A stretch of DNA of 64,000 nucleotides from Eledone cirrhosa (taxonomy: Eukaryota), in the NCBI GenBank assembly GCA_964016885.1, contig OZ024746.1, positions 88,474,001 to 88,538,000 on the forward strand, in the 5' to 3' direction. This document shows, one piece after another, positions 1 through 14,268 of this stretch (position 1 is the first letter of the stretch; every line of letters starts with the position of its first letter). Position numbers and translations under genes: made by a program. The notes beneath the pieces were generated by a model. It did not search any database. It was not told the origin of the DNA and saw only the letters and a list, made by a program, of their open reading frames with translations.

Positions 1-1027
1 TTTAAAGAAAAGAGAGGGGGAGAATCCCGTTACTTGAAGATGGAATATCACTTTTTTTGTGTTCAGTAGTGGTTTGTATTTTCTAATAAAGAATTCTTCT
101 TTATATTTTCGGAAATGTTCATTTTTCGACCATATCTTAAAGAAGAGGAACATTGTGAATTGTCCCTTTCCGCATGATGCGAAGTGTTCACTGCGCGTGG
201 CTTTTCTGACAGAGCGGTCTCTAATTTGTTGTTTATGTACTCAAACTCATGTAGACCCCTTCCGGATTCACCAATGTAGTATTCCTTACATTGTGGGCAG
301 TTTGCACAGTAACTCAAGTTTCTGGTTTTACAATTCATGTTTGCATTAACTGTGAAAGACTGTTTGTTTTTAAAGGAGATTTGTCCACACGGTACAATAT
401 CTTCGAACGTTCCGCATCGAGGGTCCCCGCATTTCTTAATTTGCATTGCTTCATTATTAGACGTAAATATTGACTAGGCAAACAGTCTCTTTAGATTGGT
501 GCTTGGCGTCTACTATATATAATTTGTGCGTCTTTGATGAGTGCATTCATTTTAGGGGACTGCTGGAGAATCTGGAGATATTGTTTAGCGGCTTTCACAA
601 TGTTGAAGTTCCTTGGATTGTGAGTGAGGACAAAAGGGATAACTGTTTTATCTATTCTATTTTGTTGCTTGGTTTTTCTCAGTGGTGTCACTCGAAAGAT
701 GGCTGTGTTGATGAGGTTCACCGGATATTCTTGTCTTTTAAAGAATTCTTTTAATTCATATAATCTTTTTTTCCTGTAGTGTGGGGTGTGTTACTATGGT
801 GCAGATGCGTGTTGCCATCATTAAGGAAGTGGAAAATATCAAAACGGTCTCATTTTACAAACCAACAGACACACACCAATACTTGAATTTCCGTTCAGCA
901 CACACATCACATACCAAAAGGAACATTCCTTTTAACATGGCAAGACGCATCTGCACCATAGTAACACCCCACACTACAGGAAAAAAGATTATATGAATTA
1001 AAAGAGTTCCTTAAAAGACAAGAATAT
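1..1027 (-). mobile_element. Decayed Penelope-like element (probably Neptune-like): GIY-YIG endonuclease and linker on minus (1-818), inverted RT-thumb segment on plus (~830-1027)
   Basis: Minus ORF 63-446 has CGDPRC...CKTRNLSYCANCPQCKEYYIGESGR (Cys-rich linker plus GIY-YIG). Minus 491-721 has PFVLTHNP...IIYSRRQ. Plus 781-996 has FYKPTDTHQYLNFRSAH...NIPFNMARRICTIV (PLE RT thumb). Frameshifted. Confidence 0.88.
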
Positions 1028-1128
1028 ATATAGAGAGAGAGAGAATACGGGAAAAGGTTTGGGCTCGGCCAGGTTTCAAATATCCTACAAGCGCTGTATG
1101 ACAATACGCTTGCCTTACAACTCCCACA

Positions 1129-1133
<5 letters not shown>

Positions 1134-1199
<66 letters not shown>

Positions 1200-1318
1200 G
1201 TGTGTATGTGTGTGAGTGTCTGAGTGTTTGTGTGTGCGCATGTTTGTGCGTGTATATGTGTGGGTGTATATGTGTGGGTGTGTATGTGTGCGTGTGTGTG
1301 AGTGTAGGTGTATGTGTG
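1134..1318. repeat. (TA)n followed by degenerate (TG)n microsatellite
   Basis: Directly visible; representative of dozens of such tracts in the window. Confidence 0.97.
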
Positions 1319-1492
1319 ACTAATTAGAGGGATATATAGATATATTTCATGATTTAACGAGTTAATATTAGACCATGAACAACGAAACAACCGACCTTTC
1401 CATATAAATGTATAATCTACAATTAATTCAAAAACTGATTGAATGTATAAGATACCTCTTTGAATTACAGTTTTGTTTTTCAGAAGGCAGTA

Positions 1493-2071
1493 GTCAAACG
1501 TAATAATTGTTTTTTATTTGGCACAAGGCCAACAATTAGTCCAGTCCATTACTGGTACTTTATTTTATGGATCCCGTAAGGAGAAAAGGCAAAGTTAACC
1601 TCGGCGGGATTTGGACTCACACCGTAATGGGACGTAACTCTATGCTGTAAAGCATGCCCTTCGACCCGCTACCGATACTGCCAATCCACCGTCAAATGTA
1701 ATAATTGTTTCTATATTTGGCACAAGGCCAGCAGATATTCCAGTGCATTACTGGTACTTTATGTTATCGACACCGTAAGGATAAAAGACAAAGTTAACCA
1801 CGACGGGATTTGAACTGAGGCCGTAAAGAGCCGTAACTCTATGCTGGAAAGCATACCGTCCGACCCGCTACCGATACTGCCAATTAACCGTCAAATGTAA
1901 TAATTGTTTCTATATTTGGCAGAAGGCCAGCAATTATCCCAATGCATTACTGGTACTTTATTTTATCGACACCGTAAGGAAGAAAGGCAAAGTTAACATC
2001 GACGGGATTTGAACTCAGACCGTAAGAGCCGTAAGCATGGCGTCCGACCCTCTACTGATACCGTCAATAAT
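1493..2071 (-). mobile_element. Three head-to-tail copies of a tRNA-derived SINE (~190 bp each)
   Basis: Family consensus on the sense strand: A-box-like TGGCAGTATCGGTAG, B-box GAGTTCAAATCCC, core GGTTAACTTTGCCTTTCATCCTTACGGGGTCGATAAAATAAAGTACCAG, tail GGCCTTGTGCCAAAAGTAGAAACAATTATT. Units ~1501-1693, 1699-1893, 1898-2066. Confidence 0.92.
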
Positions 2072-2751
2072 GTGTGTTCTAAAGAAAAATCCATGCCGTC
2101 AGAAATCGACATCACTAACTTTCGACAAACTAACCACTAAGTTACGTACATTTAATATTATGATCGAGATGGCAGAGTAAGTTCAATTTCATTTCTCATC
2201 AACCGGATTTTTATGACGGTGGACAGTAATTCGCCCAGATTAAATAAACTGACGACAATAAAGCTCCTACATATTAACTTTTCTAAGACAAATACGAGAT
2301 TTGCTGCAACGTTTGTAATTTCTGTCATACTGGCCATCGGAAATATATTTATATAGCAACTGTGATCAAATAATATGTGGAAATATATCTTGGTGCTAAG
2401 CTAAGCTTAATGCAATCAATAGATATATGACTATGAACTAATTCAACTTTAGTGCCCAATATGGATTTATTCTTAATGCGAAAGTATTATATTTGAATAA
2501 AAGTGCATTTTACTTCCGTACATATGAGATAATAGCATAGCAGATGCGAATCTATTAACAGAAAATATCTGACATTGTGAGCATAACATTTATGACGCTT
2601 TTAACTTGGGAAACTGAATTAGAAATGCATTCTCTAATTTCATTAATATTAGTAATTCAATTATATATGTATCATGAATGGCGTATTTCACCAATTATAT
2701 CAAGAAATATGTGATAGTATATGAACATATAAACAGATATTAAATATATAT

Positions 2752-2940
2752 AGTTGTTTCTACTTTTGACACAAGGCCAGAAAATACCCAGTGTATTACT
2801 GGTACTTATTTTATCGACCCCGTAAGGATGAAAGGCAAAGTTAACCTTGGCGGGATTTGAACTCAGAATGGCAAGGGCCGTAACTCTATGCGTCAAAGCA
2901 TGGCGTCCGAGCCTCTACCGATACTGCCAATCCACCGCCC
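2752..2940 (-). mobile_element. Full-length tRNA-derived SINE (variant B)
   Basis: Matches the family consensus; carries the GAATGGCAAGGGCCGTAACTCTATGCGTCAAAGC variant segment. Confidence 0.92.
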
Positions 2941-3789
2941 GATAATACATATATATAATGCATGATTTTGAGATGTCAGATGTTGCCAACTTAGAATACA
3001 TGATAAATAAATGTTATAAACTTCCCATTTATTGTTTGTGTTCCTTTCGATAGTCAGTCACATTAATTGTTTGTATTATATATTCTGTATATATATTCAT
3101 ATAACTGTTTCACTATCTTCCTCCCCCATCTCTCTCTCTCTAATTGTCTTTCTTACTCTCACTCTTTTTATAGAAAAATAAATATCTCCCTATCTTTATA
3201 TAAACTTACCTGACATCCATGGAGAAACATGCTTTTGTCTTCCTCCGAAATTTATGAAGAAAATTTCTCTAAATCTCTGTGATTCTTTTTATCATAAACC
3301 AAAAATTAAAGAGTCATATAACAACAGAACCTGGTAAAATTTTCCTTTGTGTTTCAGCGTGTGACTACAGTTCCATAAAAACAAGAATTATTAATATGTT
3401 GTCAATATACTACTGCTACTTATCTTAATCTCTACTATGAAATTCCATGCGTCCCTTAAACATTATACAGTGTGATACAATTCAGGCAAGTACTGGGCTA
3501 AATTATGGCAACCGTGTGTTCTGCACCACAAGTGTGGTGTGGGCTCCACACACTTCATTCCAGAATTGTTGGCGATTTTCCCATTTCTGGCGATTACCCA
3601 GCTTCAGCTGTTGTCATGTTCTCAGTAGTAATAAAAAAAAACAATTATGACAACTAAATTGCCTTTAAATATAATCAGATTTATAAACTAATATTAATTA
3701 AAACAATTATATATAAAAATTCCAATTAGTGGTTGCAATCATTAGACTGCAAAAATTAAGGTACAAATTTACTTTTACTTACTTAAATA

Positions 3790-4745
3790 TGGAATGTTAC
3801 GCGCTGTCAAGCCCCGGTGGACAGGATGGAGAAGGCTTTTTCCCCGGAGAAGGGTAAGGGAGACGCGCTGCAAAAGTCACTTCAACTCGTGGGGATCACA
3901 CCTGCGGCTGGCTGGGCGTTTGACACCGCGGTACGGGAAGATGGTCATGCCATCTGGCCTATTGCCGTCTCCTCGGTCCAGCCCCACCGGCTCGAGCAGG
4001 GAATGGAAGCCCGCAGCGTCCAAGCCATGCTTTATGACCTCGTTGAGGACAGCATGGCGTGTAAGGCGGGGGCACTGGGGCGACAGTAAAGCGGGTGGAG
4101 GCCGAAAGTGTCCACGGTGGATACACAGCGACATTGGTGTGGCTCGCAGATCCGAAGGGTGAGCCTCAAGAAAACGCTGATGCGCTGGCTATTGTTGTCT
4201 GGCTGCGTGTCAGTGGAGAATGAGGGCAGGGCATGGAGCCAGACACCAATGTGGAGTTTGATGGCCGTACGAAAGCTTGCAATGTGGTGCTGGTCGACCT
4301 GTCGCGTGAGCCTGTGTGAGGTCAGGTTGCACTGGATGTCATCCCAAGTGCTTTGGGGGGACTTGACGTCAACAGGGGGAGAAGGGGGAGGGACGTCTAC
4401 TGGGCTAAATCCCAGACGGTCCCACGTCTCACAGACGGCCTCACGTTCTTTGAACACAGAGGGTTCTATTGTGTTTTGAAGAACCCCGCTGACGAGGACG
4501 CAGAACGAGGTTACAGACGAAAGATACGTCGGCAAAGCCAGCGAGATCGGAACCGGAGGCCAAGGCCGCCATACCTGACAGGTAAGGTGGCCTGTTGCCA
4601 TCCAATGTCGTCAAATTTGACTTTGCATACATGGTCGGCTGCTGCTCTGATACAAGTATCGAGGTCAGAGAGGAGAGATCTGTGGGTGTAGCACGGAGCG
4701 CTGTGAAGGGTACATACGAGATTGGGCATGGCAGAGAAAGATTTA
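3790..4745 (-). mobile_element. 3' half of a CRE-clade non-LTR retrotransposon (thumb, Zn knuckle, restriction-like endonuclease), frameshifted and internally deleted
   Basis: GC-rich island. Minus frames give WQQATLPVRYGGLGLR, LALPTYLSS, GVWLHALPS, CEPHQCRC...GLHPLYC, RHAVLNEVIK...EPVGLDRGDGNRPDGMTIFPY and C-terminal LLQRVSLTLLRG. Confidence 0.85.
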
Positions 4746-6166
4746 CATTTGTACGTTACAGTCCAAGATATTTCGTGGTTGAAATAATTATTTTAATACA
4801 AAAAAATGCTTCTGGAGATGGTGGTGGTGTTATTGCTGCTGTTGTTGGTCTTGGTCGTGGTGGTGGTGTTGGTGGTGGTTGTAGGGGTGATGGTTGTGAC
4901 GCGTGTTGAACTCCTTAGTAAAATATTCGGAGTAACTAGATCCCACAATGGCAACACTGTCTACAAATTACATATGTTGATTAATTATCCCATCCACGCA
5001 ATATCTTCTGTTATGAAACGTCTACAGAAATGACCCACCAAGATATCGATTTCATCATTGAAGACACCGGATGATACATCGGAATTTTAAGAGTAAACAT
5101 GAAATTCATCGACCACCCACAAGCTCGTAAATTTGCTAAGCAGTATATAGCTTGTAGCTTGTTTACGTTCAGAGAGAGATGTTGACAATTGTATATTGAA
5201 AGCACTAAATAATAATGAGACTACGTAATTAATACTAAACTTGCATTATTTGTACAGGGTATTCATTTCCACAGGAAAAATATTTAGATTGTCTAATATA
5301 TAAATATATTCTTTAAATCTTTGCATATGTAAAAACATGTTTTTCATCGGAAATATTTACACACTTTCATTACTGAAATTTTCATTCTGACTAATGAAAC
5401 AGAAAGCGTATAGAAATTTAATAATTAACAAGCCGAGAAAATATATAAAAAGTATCTCTGTTATAAAAATACATGCTCATATTCAAATGCACCTAGACAT
5501 CTATTTTATAGAATAAAAATCAGTACATCATTAAATTTTAATTAATTGCGGCGTTCATTTGCGGGCATTTATTTATTTTTTCGGATAATACAAAGAATTA
5601 TCACAAATTCATTTCTCGGTATGTAGGACAATTGTAATTAAAATATTGTTGGTATTTTTTGTATTAGTAGTCAAGTAACGGAATGAAGTAACAATAACAA
5701 GTCTGCTAACGTGTACAAGTAGCAAATGCTAATAACTTCATCTTAATTAAAATTCATCACAACTTAAATAATGACGACAAAGAAACTTTGATCTTAATTT
5801 AATAAATGAGCTGGATTAAAGAAATGAATTCTAGAAATACAGTCTCTTGAAAGCAATTTGAGAAATAATGATTTTGCATTATAATGGAGAGATACGTCAG
5901 ATATAATCAGGAGATACCAATACATATGGCAACATGAGAATAATTATCACATGCATGTTGATCGCAATACATGATTTAATGAATACTACAGGAATTTGAG
6001 GAAATTTCATTTATCAGGCACGTCTGGATTGTTATTAGCGTAGTTTTCGTCGAAGAATGGATACATCTGTTAAACAAATATATAAGCAGACGAAGATGGG
6101 GATAGCTATATTGATAGACAGATGATCATATAGGTGGATGGAAGGATATATACATACACCGCCCTC

Positions 6167-6204
<38 letters not shown>

Positions 6205-6242
6205 AATATATATGTTTATATATATATATATTTATATACATA

Positions 6243-6284
<42 letters not shown>

Positions 6285-6286
6285 TA

Positions 6287-7409
6287 TTATAAAGAATTAG
6301 TATATCTACCAACATATGTATACAGATGCATACCTATGCTAGCAAATATATATGTTTTGTCTTAGTAACTTTGTGGTTCTATGCAAGGGGATGCAGGACA
6401 ATTATATGAAAGACGTAAATAAGAAAGTTATGAAAATTGACTTACTTACTAAAATTTCACTCCAACTAATTAGTTTCTGTAAGGGGATAAATATGGTTAC
6501 GGAGCGTATCCACAGAGATACCTTACGTCATCAGGGAGTCTATTCTCAGCTAAGCTTCCAGGCAATGCGAGGACACTGGGAACTTATATAAAAATAATTC
6601 AGTGGATGGAAAAAAGCGAGCGGGTACTAGATTCCAAGACATCGAAAAATTCACTGCCTACTTGGTCAAGTGGCAAATTCAAAAGAATCAATCACGTGAC
6701 ACTGAAGTTAATCAGTGAGGACTGGGAGTGCTATTAAGACAGGGCCTAGCCACTACTATTAATCATAGTAGTAATTTCGGTAAGTTTTGCTCAACAAATA
6801 ATTTGGAGATAATTATAAAGAATTAGTATATCTACCAACATATGTATACAGATGCATACCTATGCTAGCAAATATATATGTTTTGTCTTAGTAACTTTGT
6901 GGTTCTATGCAAGGGGATGCAGAACAATTATATGAAAGACGTAAATAAGAAAGTTATGAACATTGACTTACTTACTAAAATTTCACTCCAACTAATTAGT
7001 TTCTGTAAGGGGATAAATATAGTTACGGAGCGTATCCACAGAGAAACCTTACGTCATCAGGGAGTCTATTCTCAGCTAAGCTTCCAGGCAATGCGAGGAC
7101 AGTGGGAACTTATATAAAAATAATTCAGTGGATGGAAAAAAGCGAGCGGGTACTAGATTCCAAGACATTGAAAAATTCACTGCCTACTTGGTCAAGTGGC
7201 AAATTCAAAAGAATCAATCACTTGACCAAGTAGGCAGTGAATTTTTCAATGTCTTGGAATCTAATCCCCGCTCGCTTTTTTCCATCCACTGAATTATTTT
7301 TATATAAGTTCCCAGTGTCCTCGCATTGCCTGGAAGCTTAGCTGAGAATAGACTCCCTGATGACGTAAGGTTTCTCTGTGGATACGCTCCGTAACTATAT
7401 TTATCCCCT
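6287..7409. repeat. 526-bp unit in partial tandem (6287-6812, 6813-7221) plus inverted copy (7219-7409); probably a PLE-derived 3' end (pLTR-like)
   Basis: Near-identical direct copies. 7219-7409 is the reverse complement of 7008-7198. The unit start is homologous to 25060-25240, which adjoins an HHR and a Naiad-like tail. Confidence 0.85.
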
Positions 7410-7695
7410 GTGTGTGTGTGTGTGCGTAAGCGTGTGTGCGTGCGCGCGTATGTGTGTGTATACAGAGAGAGCGAGAAGGAGTGAGATTCAGGGTGAGATA
7501 GATACCTAAATAGACGGATGCTGTTTTTAATATACTCAGATTGTCAGGACATTATATCCTTTCAACGGTGTTTACAAGAGCGGACAATATAGGCAACAGG
7601 TTATTAATTTCCATTTCCTTGTCGAACTTAACGCAGTATAGTTTCCACTGACCCTCTTTTGTGGCAAAACGATGGATATATATATACATGTGTGT

Positions 7696-7735
<40 letters not shown>

Positions 7736-7738
7736 TTA

Positions 7739-7820
<82 letters not shown>

Positions 7821-8138
7821 GACAGTCGATTGATGTTCGTGAAATCGGACCGAAGAAATGATGTTTCCATTGGTCTTTCCAATTGCTAATACTAACGCAT
7901 CGCCCGGTCCTGGAATCAAACTCACAAATTTACGATTGCAGATCCAATTCTCTATCCATGTGTGTGTTTAGTAAACCATATACATAAATGGGTGTTTGTG
8001 TGTGTGAGCATATGTGTGTATGTGTGTGCATATAGGTAGAAACGTGTCACTGACTTAGAATATTTAGGTTAGTCCCTTCGCATACCTGCACATCATATTG
8101 GTGACATCAACCTTCCTTTTGATGGCCTTTACATATAA

Positions 8139-8174
<36 letters not shown>

Positions 8175-8179
<5 letters not shown>

Positions 8180-8365
8180 GAAGGAAATGTGGTAAGGAAC
8201 CAAGTGGACCATAACGCACCAAAGTACTCAATACTTAGGGTAGTAGAGTGGGTAATAGGAACAAGTAAGACCCCGACGGCTGAGCTCAAGCCGTTTCGAC
8301 GGCTAATTCTGAATTAGCCGTCGAAACGGCTTGAGCTCAGCCGTCGGGGTCTTACTTGTTCCTAT
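8175..8365 (+). repeat. ~115-bp (TA)n-embedded dispersed repeat with a perfect 55-bp-arm palindrome (8255-8365)
   Basis: Homologous to 51746-51860 (+) and 52928-53041 (-). Arms 8255-8309 and 8311-8365 are exact reverse complements. Confidence 0.9.
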
Positions 8366-8687
8366 ATATATATATATATATATAAATATATATATGAATA
8401 TATATAAATTAAAGTATAGAAATTGTTGTGAGTGTGAAGCTAACGGTATTTCATAATATATAAGTGACTATAACGTCAAAATGGAAATATAGTTAACGTA
8501 ACTTGTGGGAAAATAATTCAAACTCAATTCAAAGAAAATCAAGAGAGATTAATCCATAGAATTTTATGAAATCCAGGGAAAAATCAATCGAGCCTTAACT
8601 CAGAATAAAATAAAGTTTAAATACTCATCCTTCAATTTATAGATAGATATATATACCTATATGTACAGGCCATCAAAAAGGAAATTA

Positions 8688-8823
<136 letters not shown>

Positions 8824-9678
8824 ATAGGTGGGGGTGCATTTTGGGATGACCATCTGGCTATGCTATGTTCCTCAGACATTTGACACATTTGGTGTTTTCT
8901 CCGCAGGTCTTCCCCAAATCACCATTCTCAGCATACAATCTTAGTGGTTTTGCCAGTTTCGAGGCCAACGTGCAGACCATTTGACCAGTTATACTGGGTT
9001 ATAGATTGCAAGTAACTCCCGAGAGTGGCTGGACATAAGACATAATATATACATATGCATACATATATGAATACATATATACATACAAACATAATAAGGA
9101 ATCTGCAGATATTCCTCCCTTACTATACTTTCTTATTTATACATTGATTATTGGTGCACTGGGATATCTTAGTAACCAGCTCAATACAAATTACGAGAAG
9201 CTGTGTTTCACAGACACAGAATGAACACGACTAGTAAGGATATTACAAGGACAAACCATTAATCGAACAGTACACATATGTAAAGCATTCCAGAAATTCT
9301 GCAGGTAATAACTGCATATAGATACACAATATGCCCATGCACACATGTATCTCAAAACATACATATCTACATATACAATAACCTCCATACAAACGCATAG
9401 TAACTGTTGATTAAATTCGAATGAAAGAGTCTTGTCTCTATGCTAGAAACCTATTCTCTCTCTATTGGTCAAACTTCATAAAATTATAAAACCAGAAGAA
9501 CATACAGACATACATTCCAGTGCACAAGTTTATATGTCTCAACAACATTATATATAAGCAAGTGTATTTCAATTCTTGAATATATTCTTATGGTTATCAT
9601 ATAGATACACACACACTAACACAGACACATGCACACAAACACATGCACACACACACGCGCACAAACACACACAAACGT

Positions 9679-9709
<31 letters not shown>

Positions 9710-9715
9710 AATACG

Positions 9716-9746
<31 letters not shown>

Positions 9747-9865
9747 ATGGTTGTTCGTGTATATATATATATATATTCCTGAATAGAAATATATATTCCT
9801 ATATACGTGAACATATACACATACATACTGTGCCATATATATGTATATATTTGTATATGCGTATT

Positions 9866-9941
<76 letters not shown>

Positions 9942-10810
9942 CATATACATGTGTGTGAGTGCGGGTGTATTTGTGTGTGCGTGTGTATGTAAATATATGC
10001 TTGTGCTCATATACATATAGAAACTCAAATACGTAGACATCCATGCGATTCACACACACACACGAACGTACACACAAACCAACCCACGCGCACGCACTCA
10101 CACATACATAGATGCACTTGTACTCACACATATACATATAAAGAGTGTTTATGATAAAGGGTTGATTTTCAGCTAACAGACATAGAATGCGAAGAGATAA
10201 TGAAATGGAGAGACGGAGACATATAGAAGAATGAGAATGTGACATTAAGATGCATGAAAATAAAACCAATCTCGGCGAGGTTCTGTCTGAAGTTTATTTC
10301 AGTTAACTTCACAATGTCGCTCTATTCAATAGCATTTTCAGTCATGAATTGTTGTTAGATCACGGTCAAAAGATTGTTGCTAGTATATTTCGTCGTTCTT
10401 TAGTAATAAATAATTTTATTATGATTGAAACTCTCGGCATCCAGTCGCATGAATTGTTTAATTATATTCTTTATGTTCCCGTAAGACCCAATTGCCTTTA
10501 TTAACGGAACCAAATAGCCATTACACAACCGGGAAGAATACATCTAATGTGATGCTAGCATGCTATTTTAAAGTGAATCCCACGTTTTTGAATTCGTTTT
10601 ATGACATACGAATGGTCCCTTAAAGTATCGGTGTTTCCACTTATGAATATAATCATTGCATAACCATTGAAATATTGTGCGAAAGTTAAACTTGTACATA
10701 AATCTTCTAAAATGTATACGAATTGATAAATAATTATGGAAGGTATTAACGGTCAAACTCTGTTTCAGAAACTATATAGCATATCATATATGTGTATGTA
10801 TGAATGCGCC

Positions 10811-10901
<91 letters not shown>

Positions 10902-11870
10902 GTGTCCGTGTGTGTGTGAGTGTGTTTGTGTGTATTTGTTTGTCTATATGAGTATTTATGTGTGTGTATATGTATGTGAATGTGTCAGTGTGATTGTATA
11001 TATCTGTATGTGAAACTCTCTGAAGTCATACATTTTTTTTTTGTATTGCAGGAATTCGCATTATGTTACCTCCACGGATGATGCGGCGAAAAATATAATC
11101 TCCGATTTAATATCCCCTTACCGATATTTTCACTTCCTATGCTTAAAAGAAATGGTTAATTCTATTCAAATAGAATCATAGTTTGCCTACTATAATAATT
11201 ATAACTAACTTCGCTTCTTTCACACATTACCGGTTACGATGAATTGCTCTATTCTTCGTGTAGCATATCAACAGACAAGCCATTAATATATCTTTGAATT
11301 TCTCAACATCATATGTGGTTTCATATCCGAAGATGATATCAGAAGATTTTTTTTACTCATATTACCTTTCTTTTTTATTACTTTTGTAGTATCTCTCATT
11401 GTGATTCACAAAGAAAATTCTCGAGCATGTTTCATACAATTTGTATGAAAGTAAAATTAATGAATATAATAAATGAGTGAACTTAACGTTTCCTCAATAA
11501 ATTCATCCACCAACAAATATCTGTATTGTTATTAAATGAACCAAATTGGTCTTAAAATCTTTCAAGGAACACGTGGTAAGGCAAAACATGAACTATACAA
11601 ATTTGGCAAACAGCCTTCCTACGTATTCCTTGGGTATCAGTGTACAAGTCCAAAAGATTCACAGAGACTACCAAATTGTACCATCGTGGATATATATAGA
11701 GGGATGCCACATGTGGTCAACAATCGTCCGGTATGGAATGTTTAGGGGGAAACAATTAATGATTTCCTTATGTTGGTAATAGAAAAAAAAAGTATATATA
11801 TGTATTTATTTATTAAAATAACAGATTAATGTTTAAGCAAAGAATAGCTGCTTTCACCGTTAACCGGATC

Positions 11871-11960
<90 letters not shown>

Positions 11961-12779
11961 TAAAATATGGTGTGCTGCGTTGTTGCGAATATGAACATAT
12001 GAATAAAAATAGACCGAGAAACAGGAAAAGTCTGTCATCAGTAGTCTGCTGATTATCATTGGTATTTCTTCGCATTCCAAACTGTCATCTATTGGACTCC
12101 CAATAATACGAATATTTACCAGGCACTTCCATTTCATTCCAACCTCCTTACATAAACATTTCTTGTATCCAACTCTCTGCTTACAACTTTCAGATGCATA
12201 AAATATGCAACTCTCATTCACGCATACACAAACTGCACACCCGCAATACATACATATACAAACATACATGAACACACAATTACTTAATAACACATGTTTT
12301 AGACACGCATGTGAAACAAAAACAAATACTCGTTGCTAACAATTCACTCACCCTTACCAGTTACCGCTCACACACAGAAACAACACACACGCCGGCACGA
12401 GCAAACTTTAATGAAAGACCATACATTTTGATATTTTCTTCCGGAGGAAGGACTAACATCCGATTAGTTGAAGAGATTGTTTTCTATTCCATAAAATCGT
12501 GATGTTAATAACACATTTTTCTATTTTCCTCTATCTGTAATATTTCTCGAAGTTTTCTTTTTATTATGCACGTAGAACATGTATATACACACATGTATGC
12601 AACACATATACATATAGAAATATTCACACATTTACAGATGACCACACCAATACGAAATAACTATTAAGCTTCTCCTATGTGATCACATTCATCAGGCCAG
12701 TGCCTATTACCGGTTTCATTTTTCATCGCCGATTACAACTGAGATTACAACTGAGATTACAAGACCCCGAAATGCATAT

Positions 12780-12940
12780 TACATTGCAATGTTAACCCCC
12801 AGCTACATATATAACACATTTTCATCTGCGTCAATTGGGGCAGTGTGAAATGAAGTGTTTGGTTCAAAACATAAAGCGATATTGGTTTGCGGCATCGAAC
12901 CCATGGTACAATGATCGTTAGTCTGCGGATGATTCTATAA
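12780..12940 (-). mobile_element. Degenerate second tRNA-derived SINE family (CORE-like body)
   Basis: Minus strand has B-box-like GGGTTCGATGCC followed by ...CAAACACTTCATTTCACACTGCCCC. A similar head remnant lies at ~7890-7955. Confidence 0.5.
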
Positions 12941-13239
12941 ACTAACCCACTGTAAACTCAATCTCATTCACCGTCGCACGCCCGTGCATATTCACGCCTT
13001 CAATCTCACACGGCTTCGTTATGGTCAGAAACTCACACCATCACAGATTTGTACAGACGAGCAAAAAACACGCACAGACATCTATACTTACAGTTATAGC
13101 TCTGTATTGACTGTCGACAAACACGCACGCCATCACATATACACACTCTTATACATATACACACGCATATCATAACAGAAATATATATATATATAATTAT
13201 TATTATTAGTGTGAAGAGCAAAGAGATAAAAAATATACC

Positions 13240-13322
<83 letters not shown>

Positions 13323-13383
13323 GCGCGCGCGCGCGTGTGTGTGTGTGTGTGTGCGTGTGTGTGTGTGTATGTTTGTGTGTGTG

Positions 13384-13419
<36 letters not shown>

Positions 13420-14147
13420 AGTCGCTTTGTCGTGAATTTGTATTACTCTGGCATTCCACCTAATGTGTGTTTATTGTGGAATGTTCATGCTCTGCAACAG
13501 TTTATAATTTGCAAAAAAATCTGCTGTTATATTGATAAGATATTATATCTGATAAATCTGCCATATGGCTAAATGTTCTTACCAACAGTATCATTTCGAT
13601 TAATAATAGAAAAAAAATCAAGTACATTCAACCTTTGATGTATAATATTGATTAGTCTTTTCAAGTATTACTAGACAAACACTGCAAAGCAGCAGGTTCA
13701 TTCGTAACCAAATACCTTTGAAAAATCACCAAAACAAAACCATTTCATTGAATTATGACTTCTATTTTCTTTCAGCTGCACTGATTAAAATATATAATGA
13801 ATAAATCATGATCTTGCCTTTACGAACACACGCACAGACTTGTATAGAGTGTGTGTAATATGTTTATGTTCACATATCTAGAGTTGCATTACAGTGACAT
13901 TCAGAAGCACCCACAGAGAGAAACACACGGAAGCACACACGGACACACCCTCGCAGATACAGACATACTTCACCATATATTTAATATATATATATATATA
14001 TCCTATAAGGATAAGGAACAAGAATTCAGTGTTGCATCATAACATATTTAATAACATATTACATATGTTTCACTATGGATCAGCTCAAGGCAAGATATAT
14101 CCTGACTCGGTAAGTGAAGATATTCAGGACGCATATTTCATGCAAAC

Positions 14148-14210
<63 letters not shown>

Positions 14211-14268
14211 AGATGGAGGGTCTGTGGTTTTTCTCAGAGAAAAACTACAGGCCCTCCATCTCAACTCA

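Noticed and set aside
1493-2071. CRISPR-like repeat/spacer appearance of SINE arrays
   Set aside because: Eukaryotic context, ~190-bp homologous SINE units and no cas genes; the short repeats are target duplications.
2978-3515. Possible GTTGCCA-type TIR MITE
   Set aside because: Only ~7-10 bp of terminal match and no TSD.
3794-4909. Plus-strand ORFs in the GC island
   Set aside because: Antisense shadows of the CRE fragment and a GGT-rich repeat.
6352-7117. Duplicated 79-aa ORFs as a gene pair
   Set aside because: By-product of the 526-bp duplication; no protein motif.
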